Below, one piece after another: positions 9,646 through 19,914 of a DNA stretch of 64,000 nucleotides. Below the pieces are notes generated by a model that saw only the letters and a program-made list of their open reading frames with translations, did no database searches and was not told where the DNA came from. Position 1 is the first letter of the stretch. The number at the start of each line of letters is the position of its first letter. The translations under genes were made by a program, and so were the position numbers. The DNA comes from Candidatus Poribacteria bacterium (GTDB taxonomy: Bacteria; Poribacteria; WGA-4E; WGA-3G), in contig JAJEET010000128.1 in the NCBI GenBank assembly GCA_022820835.1, positions 10,744 through 74,743 of the forward strand, read 5' to 3'.

Positions 9646-10326
9646 ATGCACCTTGAGTTTCAGGACGTGCTGGATCTGTCTTATGTGGTCGATGAAAAGA
9701 GTCCATGCGAGTTACCGATTGATCCCGCCAAAATTTATGACCAAGCGACGTTGGAAAAAGACGGCTATTTTGAAAGCCGTGTTGACACGTCTGGGCATTA
9801 CTCTACGCACATGGATGCGCCCTGTTTAATGTATCCAGGTGGCGCGACGATTGCCGAAATTCCGAAGGAGAAACTGACGGGACACGCGATCTTAATGGAT
9901 TTTTCCGCAATCAAGAAACCGAACGATGCCGTCACTGCCGAAGATATTGAGGCATGGATATCCGAAAACGGTGACATCCCAGAAGATAGCATCGTCTTTA
10001 TGCGGACAGGGATGGATAGATTTGTCTACCAAGATAACTTCAACCGAGAGTGGATCGGTTTCAGTGAAGATGCAGCGGAACTGCTCGTTGAAAAAGGCGT
10101 AAAAGTCATCGGCACTGATGCGTGCAGTATCGACTCGGTCGCAGGACATCCACCGTTGCACGACGGCTTACCACCTGCACACCTCGTTTTTCTTGGAGCT
10201 GGTATCCCCCACGTCGAAGATCTCTGCAATTTGAGTCAATTACCGACACATTTCTACGTAGTCATTGCACCGTTAAAATTGGCGCGGAGTTCCGGCGCAC
10301 CGACACGCGTGTTCGCCTTCGTATAA
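9646..10326 (+). CDS. Cyclase-family protein (kynurenine-formamidase-like fold)
   Basis: ATG 9646 follows AGGAAGGAG. GHYSTHMDAP resembles the HxGTHxDxP metal motif. Length ~226 aa is typical. Confidence 0.65.
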   Translation: MHLEFQDVLDLSYVVDEKSPCELPIDPAKIYDQATLEKDGYFESRVDTSGHYSTHMDAPCLMYPGGATIAEIPKEKLTGHAILMDFSAIKKPNDAVTAEDIEAWISENGDIPEDSIVFMRTGMDRFVYQDNFNREWIGFSEDAAELLVEKGVKVIGTDACSIDSVAGHPPLHDGLPPAHLVFLGAGIPHVEDLCNLSQLPTHFYVVIAPLKLARSSGAPTRVFAFV

Positions 10327-10382
10327 TCCTACTCTCCTTGGGATAACAGAGATACTCTGCGACCTCATCCGACGGGATACAA

Positions 10383-11846
10383 ATGAGACTCGATATACCC
10401 GAACCGATCTTAAGCCTCTTATATGAAATCAGTGAAGTTGCAGGAACAGGTTCCTACCTCGTCGGTGGCTTCGTCCGAGACCTTCTCCTCAAACGACCAA
10501 GTCTCGATATCGACATCGTTATAGAAGGAGACGCAATCCGAGTGGCAAAAGAGATGTGTGAACATTGGGACGGGATATTGGAGGTGCATACGCAGTTTGG
10601 CACGGCAACTGTCACACCTCAGAATACCGAACTACCTAAAGTGGATTTCGTCACCGCACGTCGTGAAACTTATCAAGGCGCAGGTACGTTACCTATAGTG
10701 CAAAGCGGGACGATCACCGACGATTTGCACCGACGGGATTTTTCAATCAACGCGCTTGCAATGCGTTTAGATATAAATGCTTTCGGCACCATCGTTGATG
10801 AGACGGGTGGGTTGGCGGATCTTGAGGCTGGTATCGTTCGGGGACTCCACAATCGGAGTTTTATTGACGACCCGACGCGTATCTTCCGAGCATGTCGGTA
10901 TGCTGGACGCTACGGTTTCCAAATCGCTGAGAACGATGAGCCCCTTATTCGAGAGGCTCTCCCGCTACTTGGACGACTCAGCGGAGAACGTATACGGAAC
11001 GAAATTGATAGGGTACTCCTCGAAAAGAATGCACCGGAGGTTGTAAACGGACTCACAGAACTCGGTGTATGGGAAACGATCTCTGCAGGGTGGCAGATGT
11101 CATCAGATTTTGCGTCCGATTTTCAAGCAGCACAACGCGCAATTGCTTGGGCATCTGAGCATCTTGCTGATGAAGAATTTGATCATAAACTCGTCCGTTG
11201 GATGGCGTTCTTCGGTATACAGACACCGATATACCAAATTGAGGCACTCAGTTTCAGACTTATACTGAAGCATCAACTCCAGCGGTTGGTAAGTCCAGCA
11301 CAAGCAGAGAACCGACAGGTTTCACTTGAAAAAGTGACACATACTGCCTTTGAGAAACTCGGGTATCCATTGTCACATAACGCTGTCATTGAACATCATA
11401 ACGGCAAATGGTGTATTGTTGATGCGGACGTTTCAACAGGCAACGGAACAACCTATGTTTGTGGAGAAGGAAGTCTCTTTCGAGTAGAGCCCCGGCTTAC
11501 TGCCTACAAACAGTTAAAAGGGACACTTGCACTATTAAAGCCATCCGTTAAACCGAGCGAAATTTACCAATTGTTTAAACCGTGTCCGATTGAGGCATTG
11601 GTCTTAGCAGCTGAAGTGCCAACAGACCCGGAGTGGAAACGGAAAAAAATAAAAGACTACCTTCTCGTCCTTCGTAAGGTTCGACCGTTTATTACAGGAA
11701 AAGATTTGATTGCGTCTGGCGAAAAACCTGGGGAGACGTTCAAAACGCACCTCTGGAAATTATTCGCTGCACAGTTAGATGGGAAAATTGTAACAAAATC
11801 AGAAGCATTTTGTCGATTGGCGAACTTCAAAGATACACAGATGTAA
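10383..11846 (+). CDS. tRNA nucleotidyltransferase (CCA-adding) / poly(A) polymerase family protein with a long C-terminal extension
   Basis: GGFVRDLLLKRPSLDIDIV (GG.VRD...D.D) and RRDFSINALA are class-II nucleotidyltransferase signatures. Confidence 0.8.
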   Translation: MRLDIPEPILSLLYEISEVAGTGSYLVGGFVRDLLLKRPSLDIDIVIEGDAIRVAKEMCEHWDGILEVHTQFGTATVTPQNTELPKVDFVTARRETYQGAGTLPIVQSGTITDDLHRRDFSINALAMRLDINAFGTIVDETGGLADLEAGIVRGLHNRSFIDDPTRIFRACRYAGRYGFQIAENDEPLIREALPLLGRLSGERIRNEIDRVLLEKNAPEVVNGLTELGVWETISAGWQMSSDFASDFQAAQRAIAWASEHLADEEFDHKLVRWMAFFGIQTPIYQIEALSFRLILKHQLQRLVSPAQAENRQVSLEKVTHTAFEKLGYPLSHNAVIEHHNGKWCIVDADVSTGNGTTYVCGEGSLFRVEPRLTAYKQLKGTLALLKPSVKPSEIYQLFKPCPIEALVLAAEVPTDPEWKRKKIKDYLLVLRKVRPFITGKDLIASGEKPGETFKTHLWKLFAAQLDGKIVTKSEAFCRLANFKDTQM

Positions 11847-11890
11847 TAATAGCCTAAGTTGGATGAAATAGAATGGAAAGAAAATAGAAT

Positions 11891-12601
11891 ATGTTCAGCC
11901 CAATACAAATATACACTGCGATTCTTGTGGTTACACAGTTCATTATCCTGCTAACCTTCCATGAGTGGGCACACGCCAAATCAGCAGATATGTTAGGTGA
12001 CCCAACCGCTCGCGATTTGGGAAGGATGTCTTTAAACCCGGGCGTACATATTGACCTCATTGGTACAATTATACTCCCTATGATCGGAACTCTGGTAGGA
12101 GGTGGTTTTTTCGGTTGGGCAAAGCCAGTGCCAGTGAATCCTTACAATCTTAAGAGTCCGAGGCGAGACTTGATGCTAATTGCAGCAGCGGGTCCTATTA
12201 TAAATATCGTTCTCACTTTTATAATTTTAGCAGGACTCAAAATAGTTTTGGAATTTACGACTTTCAATCCACTTGAAGCTGCGTCTTACCACCATGAAAT
12301 AAGTAAGCAAGTTGTTCGTATGGCACTAATTAGCGTATTCCTTGCAGCGTTCAATATGCTGCCGCTCTTTCCCTTAGATGGATTCAGTGTCGTCCGAGGT
12401 TTGCTCCCGGAAAATGCAGCACGTCAATTTGAAAAATTGATGCCCTATGGTATGCCAATCTTGATGAGTCTAATCTTTCTACCATATTTTCTTCCCTTTT
12501 TCCCTAATGTATTCGGGTTCTTGGGTCTCATCAGTTTCAATATGCTCAAATTGACAGGACAGATTGTTGGTATACCAAGAGCAATATTATATAACTTCTA
12601 A
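11891..12601 (+). CDS. Site-2 protease (M50) family membrane metalloprotease
   Basis: HEWAHA (HExxH) lies in the first TM segment. Multiple TM helices and NMLPLFPLDG (the second metal-ligand region) are present. Confidence 0.8.
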   Translation: MFSPIQIYTAILVVTQFIILLTFHEWAHAKSADMLGDPTARDLGRMSLNPGVHIDLIGTIILPMIGTLVGGGFFGWAKPVPVNPYNLKSPRRDLMLIAAAGPIINIVLTFIILAGLKIVLEFTTFNPLEAASYHHEISKQVVRMALISVFLAAFNMLPLFPLDGFSVVRGLLPENAARQFEKLMPYGMPILMSLIFLPYFLPFFPNVFGFLGLISFNMLKLTGQIVGIPRAILYNF

Positions 12602-12714
12602 GAAACTCTCTCTTAATGTTTTTACCACATACAAAAAGTTAGTCAGTTTGACCAAAATTGTAAAAATTTATGATAAATCACCTATTTGGAAATATATCGC
12701 ACTAAATCTTATCC

Positions 12715-12756
12715 AGCACGTTTCAATATAGAGAAAGCACGTTTCAATATAGAGAA
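12715..12756. repeat. Perfect 2 x 21-bp tandem repeat upstream of scpA
   Basis: AGCACGTTTCAATATAGAGAA occurs twice back to back (12715-12735 and 12736-12756), 39 nt before ATG 12795. Confidence 0.9.
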
Positions 12757-12794
12757 CTTGTAGGTTACACCCAACATCACTGAAAGCACCAATT

Positions 12795-13652
12795 ATGTTG
12801 ACCGAAACAATCGAAACTCTCGGAAATCAAGATCCAGAAGCCATGTCCACTGCTATAGCACCGATCTATTCGGTCAAGTTAGAAGGCTTTGAGGGACCGC
12901 TCGATCTGCTTCTCCATCTGATTCAAAAAGAGGAGATGGACATCCACGATATACAGATCGCGCAAATCACCGATCGGTATCTGGAATACGTTAATTTAAT
13001 GGAGCAGTTAGATTTAGATGTGGCATCCGAATTTTTGGTGATGGCAGCGACACTCCTACATATAAAATCGCAGAGCATTCTACCACAACTCACGCCAAAC
13101 GATGATCTCCCGATCGGGGACGAAGAACAACTTGTTAAACAACTGTTAGAGTACAAACGGTTCAAAGAAGCAGCACAGGTTTTAGACATTTACGCTGAAC
13201 GACAGACATGGATCTACAGTCGGAGTCCGAATCTACACGCCGATTTAGATGGATCACGTGCTTACGAGATCCGAGCAACGCTGTTTGATCTACTGTCCGC
13301 CTTCAAGCATGTCAATGATCGTGCTGCGGAGGTAGACACCGAGGAATTGTACGAGGCAGTCGAAGAAGAGACAATAACCGTTGAAGATAAAATTGCTTTC
13401 ATTGAGCGGCATTTGGAAATTGCCGACCAGCTGCTATTTGAGGAACTGTTCCCGCTGTCAACAAATAAAACAGACTGGATCGTTACATTCCTCGCTATTT
13501 TAGAACTCATACGGATTGGAAGAATTGTCACCGTCCAGACAGCTCATTTTGAGAGTATCTATATTGTTAAACAAGAACAACAGGAGCCAGATCGTGAGAT
13601 CGCGCCGCCTCCGACTGTAGAAACCACCCGTTCGGAAGAACGAGACTATTAG
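12795..13652 (+). CDS. scpA: Segregation and condensation protein A
   Basis: LEGFEGPLDLLLHLIQKEEMDIHDIQIAQITDRY is the kleisin ScpA N-terminal signature. It is followed directly by scpB. Confidence 0.9.
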   Translation: MLTETIETLGNQDPEAMSTAIAPIYSVKLEGFEGPLDLLLHLIQKEEMDIHDIQIAQITDRYLEYVNLMEQLDLDVASEFLVMAATLLHIKSQSILPQLTPNDDLPIGDEEQLVKQLLEYKRFKEAAQVLDIYAERQTWIYSRSPNLHADLDGSRAYEIRATLFDLLSAFKHVNDRAAEVDTEELYEAVEEETITVEDKIAFIERHLEIADQLLFEELFPLSTNKTDWIVTFLAILELIRIGRIVTVQTAHFESIYIVKQEQQEPDREIAPPPTVETTRSEERDY

Positions 13653-13663
13653 GAACTATACTT

Positions 13664-14320
13664 ATGGACTCTGAACACGTTACAGATTCTGAATACGTTA
13701 CCGTTGTTAACCCGATAGAAGATATAGATCTGATGTCGGATGAGAAACTCACATCGATTTTGGAAGCGATTCTTTTTGCCGCGAGTGAACCGATTTCGTT
13801 GGATCAATTCCGAAGCGCACTCCCTGGAATAGGTAAACGCGCTATTCGGAAAGGACTTGCCGAGCTCAGTGATGCCTATGAAGAGATGAAACGGAGTTTC
13901 CATCTCGTTGAAATAGCGAATGGTTACCAAATTTGCTCACGTCCAGAATACTCAGAGTGGATAGAGAAATTTTATACGCGACAGGTTCGTGTAACGCTAT
14001 CCCCCTCTGCACTTGAGACACTTGCCATCGTTGCATACAAGCAGCCAATCACTCGTAGCGATGTCGCAACGATTCGCGGTGTAAACAGCGACAGTGTCCT
14101 TAACTCGCTTCTTGAGAAAGGACTTGTTCGCATCACCGGCAGAAAAGATGGACGCTCCCTGCTCTTCTCTACCACGGACGAATTCCTTCAACAATTCGGA
14201 TTGAAAGACGCTTCTGAATTGCCTTCACTCAATGAAATTGATGAACTCCTTAGCATACCGAACGGAAGCGAGCCATCCGAACCTCTCCTTCCTGTCGTCA
14301 CGGAGGAAAGCACAGAGTAA
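13664..14320 (+). CDS. scpB: Segregation and condensation protein B
   Basis: ILEAILFAASEPISLDQF and AIVAYKQPITRSDVATIRGV are ScpB winged-helix motifs. The position after scpA supports the call. Confidence 0.9.
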   Translation: MDSEHVTDSEYVTVVNPIEDIDLMSDEKLTSILEAILFAASEPISLDQFRSALPGIGKRAIRKGLAELSDAYEEMKRSFHLVEIANGYQICSRPEYSEWIEKFYTRQVRVTLSPSALETLAIVAYKQPITRSDVATIRGVNSDSVLNSLLEKGLVRITGRKDGRSLLFSTTDEFLQQFGLKDASELPSLNEIDELLSIPNGSEPSEPLLPVVTEESTE

Positions 14321-15648
14321 TGAACTACAATGCATGGTTCCAGTGTAGCGAAGGATGTGACGAAACCTATCCGCTCTCAGAGGTTATCTACCGGTGTAAA
14401 AAATGCGGTGGGCTTTTAGAGGTGCGGCACGACATAGATGCCCTAAAAGAAAAGAGTGCAGCTGAGTGGAAAACTCTTTTCGAGCAGCGCTACATGCGCA
14501 CCCAATATCCGTATGGTAGTGGTGTCTGGGGTAAAAAGGAGCTCGTCTGCCCGATTATTGACGACACAAACATCATCTCTATGTATGAAGGTGGGACCAA
14601 TCTGTTCTGGGCAGAGCGTTTCGGTAAACAACTCGGCTTAAAGGATCTCTGGATTAAGCAGTGCGGTAACAGTCATACCGGTTCTTTTAAAGACCTCGGA
14701 ATGACCGTTCTGGTTTCAATGGTTAATCAGATTATATCTGATTCAGGAAACATTCGTGCCGTTATGTGTGCCTCGACCGGTGATACTTCCGCTTCACTTG
14801 CAGCATACGCATCCGCAGCTGGCATCCCTGCGATTATCCTGCTACCGAAAGCAAAGGTCACGCGTGCGCAGCTCATCCAACCGATTGCTAACGGTGCGCT
14901 GACGCTCTCACTTGAAACAGATTTCGATGGGTGTATGGAGATCGTCCAGAAACTCGCGGCACGTAAAGACTTTTATCTCGCTAACTCCATTAATTCGCTC
15001 CGGATTGAAGGACAGAAAACAATAAGCATTGAGATCGTGCAGCAGTTTGATTGGGAAGTACCAGATTGGATTGTTATTCCTGGCGGGAACCTCGGCAACG
15101 TCTCGGCACTCGGACTCGGTTTTCTGATGATGTATGAACTCGGTATCATTAACAAATTGCCGCGTATCGCTTGTGCACAAGCCGAACGCGCCAACCCACT
15201 GTACCGAAGTTACCAAACTGGATTCACTGAGTTCCATGCGATTACGGCGCAATCGACGCAAGCCACAGCCATTCAGATCGGGAATCCAGTCTCCATCCAC
15301 CGTGCTATTCGCGTCTTGAAGCAGTTCGACGGTATAGTCGATCAAGCATCGGAAGCAGAACTTGCAGATGCTGCAGCGCGAGCAGACAGAACGGGTTTGT
15401 TCAATTGTCCGCACACCGGTGTCGCTTTGGCAGTACTGATAAAAATGGTGGAACGTAAACAGATCCTTCCGGATGACCGAGTCATTGTTATCTCGACTGC
15501 AAGTGGTCTAAAGTTCCCGGAATTCAAGGTCGCCTATCACAATATCACTTCCGGGGAACCGCCGCCACGCTATCTAAATACGCCGATCGAATTAGAAGCG
15601 GATTACGAAAAGGTCTTGAAACAGATTGGTGCTCATCTTGACGCGTAA
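14320..15648 (+). CDS. thrC: Threonine synthase with an N-terminal zinc-ribbon
   Basis: GNSHTGSFKDLGMT is the PLP-lysine motif, and C..C...CKKC sits at the N-terminus. TAATG overlaps the scpB stop. Confidence 0.85.
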   Translation: MNYNAWFQCSEGCDETYPLSEVIYRCKKCGGLLEVRHDIDALKEKSAAEWKTLFEQRYMRTQYPYGSGVWGKKELVCPIIDDTNIISMYEGGTNLFWAERFGKQLGLKDLWIKQCGNSHTGSFKDLGMTVLVSMVNQIISDSGNIRAVMCASTGDTSASLAAYASAAGIPAIILLPKAKVTRAQLIQPIANGALTLSLETDFDGCMEIVQKLAARKDFYLANSINSLRIEGQKTISIEIVQQFDWEVPDWIVIPGGNLGNVSALGLGFLMMYELGIINKLPRIACAQAERANPLYRSYQTGFTEFHAITAQSTQATAIQIGNPVSIHRAIRVLKQFDGIVDQASEAELADAAARADRTGLFNCPHTGVALAVLIKMVERKQILPDDRVIVISTASGLKFPEFKVAYHNITSGEPPPRYLNTPIELEADYEKVLKQIGAHLDA

Positions 15649-15697
15649 CCGCGCCTCAAAAGCCTTACACACCCCTACCTGTTACCACGATAAAGAT

Positions 15698-15727
15698 TTG
15701 CAACAAATTCGCAAAATATGTTATAAT
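15698..15727 (+). promoter_or_regulatory. Sigma70-like promoter for xylA
   Basis: TTGCAA, 18 nt, TATAAT, 56 nt upstream of ATG 15784. The track's longer start at 15733 would lie inside the leader. Confidence 0.45.
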
Positions 15728-15783
15728 TCTAAGTGTTAATCCACAAACCTCGCCAAAAATTAAAAAACAATAGGAGTGATGGA

Positions 15784-16953
15784 ATGTCAGAACAGTATCA
15801 GCCTAAGCCTGTGCATAAGTTTACCTTTGGATTGTGGACTGTCGGTAACCCCGGACGCGACCCATTTGGTGATGTTGTCAGGCCTCCCCTTAAACCTACC
15901 TACACTGTCGAAAAGCTGAGTGCGTTGGGTGCGTACGGCGTTAATTTACACGATAACGATCTTGTCCCCTTTGACGCTTCAGCGACTGAACGGGACAACA
16001 TCGTTAGTGAATTCAAACAGGCACTTGCAGACCACAATATGGAAGTGCCTATGGCAACAACGAACCTATTTTACCATCCAATCTTCAAAGATGGTGCCTT
16101 TACCTCCAACGACCCAAAAGTACGAGCCTTCGCGATTCAGAAGACCTTGAATGCTATCGACTTAGGTGTGGAGCTCGGTGCAACGGTTTATGTCTTTTGG
16201 GGTGGACGTGAAGGTGCAGAAGTAGATGCTGCGAAAAACGGTCCGGATACGCTCAAGTGGAACCGTGAAGCGATGAACTACTTCACACACTACGTCAAGG
16301 ACCAAGGCTATGACCTGCGATTTGCGCTTGAGGCGAAGCCGAACGAACCGCGCGGGGACATCTATCTACCGACGACTGGTCACATGCTTCACTTTATCGA
16401 AACGCTTGATCACCCCGAAATGGTCGGTGTTAACCCCGAATTCGCACACGAAACGATGGCAGGGTTAAGCTTTATCCACGGCATTGCGCAAGCGTACGAA
16501 GCGGGTAAACTTTTCCACATTGACCTGAACGATCAGAAGATGAGTCGTTTCGACCAAGACCTGCGCTTCGCTTCTGAAAATATTAAGAGTGCGTTCTTCC
16601 TCGTCAAGTTCCTTGAAGATGTCAATTGGGATGGGTGCCGTCACTTCGACGCGCACGCCTATCGGACCGAAGACGAAGAAGGTGTCTGGGACTTCGCAGC
16701 AGGTTGCATGCGAAGCTACCTAATCTTAAAAGAGAAAGCACAACGTTTCAACGAAGATGCGGAAATTCAGGGAATTCTGTCGGAATTGCGAGCCGGGGAT
16801 GCTGAACTTGAAGCACTCATGGCAAACTATAATGCTGAGAGCGTCGGAAGACTGAGAAAGATAGATTTTGACACCGAAACCATCGCACAAAAAGGACTCG
16901 GATACGAGAAATTGGATCAACTTACATTTGAAGTATTAATGGGAATCAGGTAA
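15784..16953 (+). CDS. xylA: Xylose isomerase, class I (short actinobacterial/Thermus type)
   Basis: ATG follows [52 protein letters not shown] and LFHIDLNDQ align along the full length with class-I xylose isomerases. Confidence 0.9.
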   Translation: MSEQYQPKPVHKFTFGLWTVGNPGRDPFGDVVRPPLKPTYTVEKLSALGAYGVNLHDNDLVPFDASATERDNIVSEFKQALADHNMEVPMATTNLFYHPIFKDGAFTSNDPKVRAFAIQKTLNAIDLGVELGATVYVFWGGREGAEVDAAKNGPDTLKWNREAMNYFTHYVKDQGYDLRFALEAKPNEPRGDIYLPTTGHMLHFIETLDHPEMVGVNPEFAHETMAGLSFIHGIAQAYEAGKLFHIDLNDQKMSRFDQDLRFASENIKSAFFLVKFLEDVNWDGCRHFDAHAYRTEDEEGVWDFAAGCMRSYLILKEKAQRFNEDAEIQGILSELRAGDAELEALMANYNAESVGRLRKIDFDTETIAQKGLGYEKLDQLTFEVLMGIR

Positions 16954-16994
16954 TCCGGACTTAATGCTCCCCTGAAAAAAGTTGGAGCTTGCCT

Positions 16995-18890
16995 ATGAAT
17001 ACGCTTATTATCGCTGTCTTGAGTTTTATCGGTTTCATCGTCGCCTACCATACGTATGGCAAATGGTTGGCGCGAAAGATCTTCGGATTAGATGCCGAAG
17101 CGACAGTTCCGAGTCAAGAACTGAAAGATGATGTCGATTACGTGCCGACGAAAAAAGAAGTCATCTTCGGGCACCACTTCACAAGTATCGCTGGTACAGG
17201 TCCGATTGTCGGACCCGCAATCGCTGTCTTTTGGGGATGGTTACCGGCACTCTTGTGGGTTGTTCTCGGTTCGGTTTTTATCGGTGCGGTTCACGACTTC
17301 GGGGCACTCGTCGTCTCCTTGCGGAATCGTGGGCAAAGCGTTGGCGAAGTTGCCGGAAGAATGATTGGACCCCGCGCGAAATTCCTTTTCCTTTTCGTCC
17401 TTTTCATGGGGTTGACGATTGTTCTTGCCATCTTCGGTTTAGTCATTGCCCTAATTTTCTCCTATTATCCTGAATCTGTGCTATCGGTTTGGGTGGAAAT
17501 TCCGCTCGCGATCGCTATCGGCTTATGGATACACCGTCGGGGCAGAAATATCCTCGTTCCGTCTATTATCGCGCTCGGTGTGATGTACATAGCGATGGGT
17601 GTCGGTGCGTACGTATTACCGATTGATTTAGGCGCGTGGCTCGGCATTCCATTACTTGGACAAACCTATCTGAATGTCGTGGTAATTTGGACGCTGGTGC
17701 TTTTTGTCTACTGCTTCATCGCCTCGGTGTTACCCGTATGGACGCTCCTCCAACCCCGCGATTTCATCAACAGTCACGAACTCGTACTGGCACTGCTCCT
17801 ATTGGTTCTTGGGCTCGCCGTAGCGGGTTTTACAGGTAGAGCAGATTTGGTAGCCTCCGCACCAGCGGTTGCCTCAGATATTCCGCCCGATGCACCACCG
17901 ATTTGGCCCTTCCTATTTATTACGATTGCGTGCGGTGCTGTCAGCGGTTTCCATTGTATGGTGAGTTCTGGAACTTCCAGCAAACAGGTTGAATCTGAAA
18001 GCGATGCACAATACGTCGGATACGGTGCGATGTTGCTTGAGGGTGGACTCGCTGTCATCGTTATCCTCGCTTGTTGTGCGGGTATCGGTATGGGGATTTT
18101 CGATCGGACCGGTACGGGTGCGAACTATACATTCGAGCCTGTCGTCAAAGCAGAAAGTGCTGTACCTGTTACCAATCAAGATGCGTGGAGAACGCGTTAC
18201 GCGACGACAACAACGACGACAAACGCTGATGGTAAGACAGTGGTTGTCGGGGGTTGGGAAAGTCACAAACTCAAACAGAAGGTAAGTGCGTTTGTTGATG
18301 GTGGTGGGAACTTCCTTGCCTCTCTCGGCATACCGCTGAAGATGGGGATTGCGATTATGGCGGTTCTCGTCGCCAGTTTCGCCGCGACTACACTTGACAC
18401 GGCAACACGACTTCAGCGGTATGTTATCTCTGAACTTGCACAAACCGCGAACATCAAACCTTTGATGAATCGTTATATCGCTACCGCGTTTGCGTTAGTG
18501 CTTGCGGCAGTTGTCGCCTTACTACAGGGACCCAGCGGACCCGGTAGTGGGGGCATGACGCTCTGGCCCCTCTTCGGTGCGACGAATCAACTTCTTGCCG
18601 GATTAGCGTTCATGGTGATCGTCTTCTATCTCGTGCGTCGCAATAAACCGATCTGGTTCGCGTTCCTACCGATGATCGTCATGCTTATTATGCCTGCGTG
18701 GGCAATGCTGCACCAAATGTTTGATCCACAGACCGGATGGCTTTTTACTGGCAAATATCTACTCTTCGGATTCGGTGTTGTTGTGGAGGCGTTGCAGATA
18801 TGGATGGTTGCTGAAGGTGTCATCGCTTGGCGCAATGCACGTGGGAATTACCCAGAACTCCCGCCGTTGGAAAGTGTTACTGCAGATTAA
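16995..18890 (+). CDS. cstA: Carbon starvation protein A (peptide/pyruvate transporter family)
   Basis: HHFTSIAGTGPIVGPAIAVFWGWLPALLWVVLGSVFIGAVHDF is the CstA signature. About 16 TM segments. ATG 16995 lies 7 nt after GGAG. Confidence 0.9.
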   Translation: MNTLIIAVLSFIGFIVAYHTYGKWLARKIFGLDAEATVPSQELKDDVDYVPTKKEVIFGHHFTSIAGTGPIVGPAIAVFWGWLPALLWVVLGSVFIGAVHDFGALVVSLRNRGQSVGEVAGRMIGPRAKFLFLFVLFMGLTIVLAIFGLVIALIFSYYPESVLSVWVEIPLAIAIGLWIHRRGRNILVPSIIALGVMYIAMGVGAYVLPIDLGAWLGIPLLGQTYLNVVVIWTLVLFVYCFIASVLPVWTLLQPRDFINSHELVLALLLLVLGLAVAGFTGRADLVASAPAVASDIPPDAPPIWPFLFITIACGAVSGFHCMVSSGTSSKQVESESDAQYVGYGAMLLEGGLAVIVILACCAGIGMGIFDRTGTGANYTFEPVVKAESAVPVTNQDAWRTRYATTTTTTNADGKTVVVGGWESHKLKQKVSAFVDGGGNFLASLGIPLKMGIAIMAVLVASFAATTLDTATRLQRYVISELAQTANIKPLMNRYIATAFALVLAAVVALLQGPSGPGSGGMTLWPLFGATNQLLAGLAFMVIVFYLVRRNKPIWFAFLPMIVMLIMPAWAMLHQMFDPQTGWLFTGKYLLFGFGVVVEALQIWMVAEGVIAWRNARGNYPELPPLESVTAD

Positions 18891-18957
18891 AAGGCATGGA
18901 TAGCGGCATCGGAAGCCTAATTAGTACTCAGCTGCCCAACCACAGGAGAATACCACA

Positions 18958-19296
18958 ATGAAAGGCATAAATAGACAGCATAGATTAGACCAATTGCGAC
19001 TCCGCGAGGCAGAAGGGACTTTGACAAAACAAGAGCAGGCAGAACTTATATCTATCTTCGCTGAATTAGATGCTGAGGAAGCAAAAGCATTGAAACCAGC
19101 GAGGGAAAAGAGTCAACAGTTGCAGGCAGAGAAAACTACACTTGAAGAAACTGTTTCGCAATTACAAGATATTGTTACTGAACACAAACAATTGCTAACC
19201 GATGCCCGCGCCTATCTGATGCAACTCCAATCAAAACGTGCTCTACTTGCCGATAAGTATTACCGCCTCACCGGTCAAAACCTCTCACAAGGATAA
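18958..19296 (+). CDS. Small coiled-coil protein, unknown function
   Basis: AGGAG RBS. The 112 aa are strongly helical and heptad-like (QEQAELISIFAELDAEEAKALK..LQAEKTTLEETVSQLQDIV). It ends 18 nt before the HNH gene. Confidence 0.6.
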   Translation: MKGINRQHRLDQLRLREAEGTLTKQEQAELISIFAELDAEEAKALKPAREKSQQLQAEKTTLEETVSQLQDIVTEHKQLLTDARAYLMQLQSKRALLADKYYRLTGQNLSQG

Positions 19297-19314
19297 TTAA
19301 AACGAAATGACAAA

Positions 19315-19815
19315 ATGGATGCATCACAACGAGAGAGGTCCCGCCAGGGTTATGCATACAGTTGCGGATATTGTGGTGTCCACGAATCAAATGTCGGCGC
19401 AACATTAACAGTAGATCACCACCATCCAATAGCCCACGGAGGCACAAACGATGATGAGAACCTCGTTTATTGTTGCCCTCGATGCAACGAACATAAAGGA
19501 GCCTATTGGCACGAAGTCCAAATTCCACACATTCGTTTACTGCATCCACTTCAGGACGACCTAACCTTGCATCTTAGTGAACAACAGAACAATGAACTCG
19601 TTGGTGAAACCTCTGAGGGAACATTTTACATCCAGCGACTACGTTTGAATCGTCCTCAACTTATTGAACATCGCCGCCGTAGATACGCGGATCAAAAAAG
19701 ACTTGATGAAATTGAAGCATTACGCCACCAAATACATAACCTACAACAAGAATTAGATCAGTTAAATTCATCTATCCAAGAGACCTTAGTTGAAATTGAT
19801 CAAGAAACCACATAA
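19315..19815 (+). CDS. HNH endonuclease with a C-terminal coiled-coil tail
   Basis: The sequence CGYCG...TVDHHHPIAHGGTNDDENLVYCCPRCNEHKG shows CxxC / HH / N / CxxC..H, the HNH zinc-finger nuclease core. The tail is LDEIEALRHQIHNLQQELDQLNSSIQ. Confidence 0.8.
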   Translation: MDASQRERSRQGYAYSCGYCGVHESNVGATLTVDHHHPIAHGGTNDDENLVYCCPRCNEHKGAYWHEVQIPHIRLLHPLQDDLTLHLSEQQNNELVGETSEGTFYIQRLRLNRPQLIEHRRRRYADQKRLDEIEALRHQIHNLQQELDQLNSSIQETLVEIDQETT

Positions 19816-19914
19816 ACACTGTTATCACTTCTGGCGCGAGATGAAACGTTAATAGGAATCTGGTACTACTACAATTTCAAGGCATCAATCCTACTATTTA
19901 ACCGAGTACAGGAG

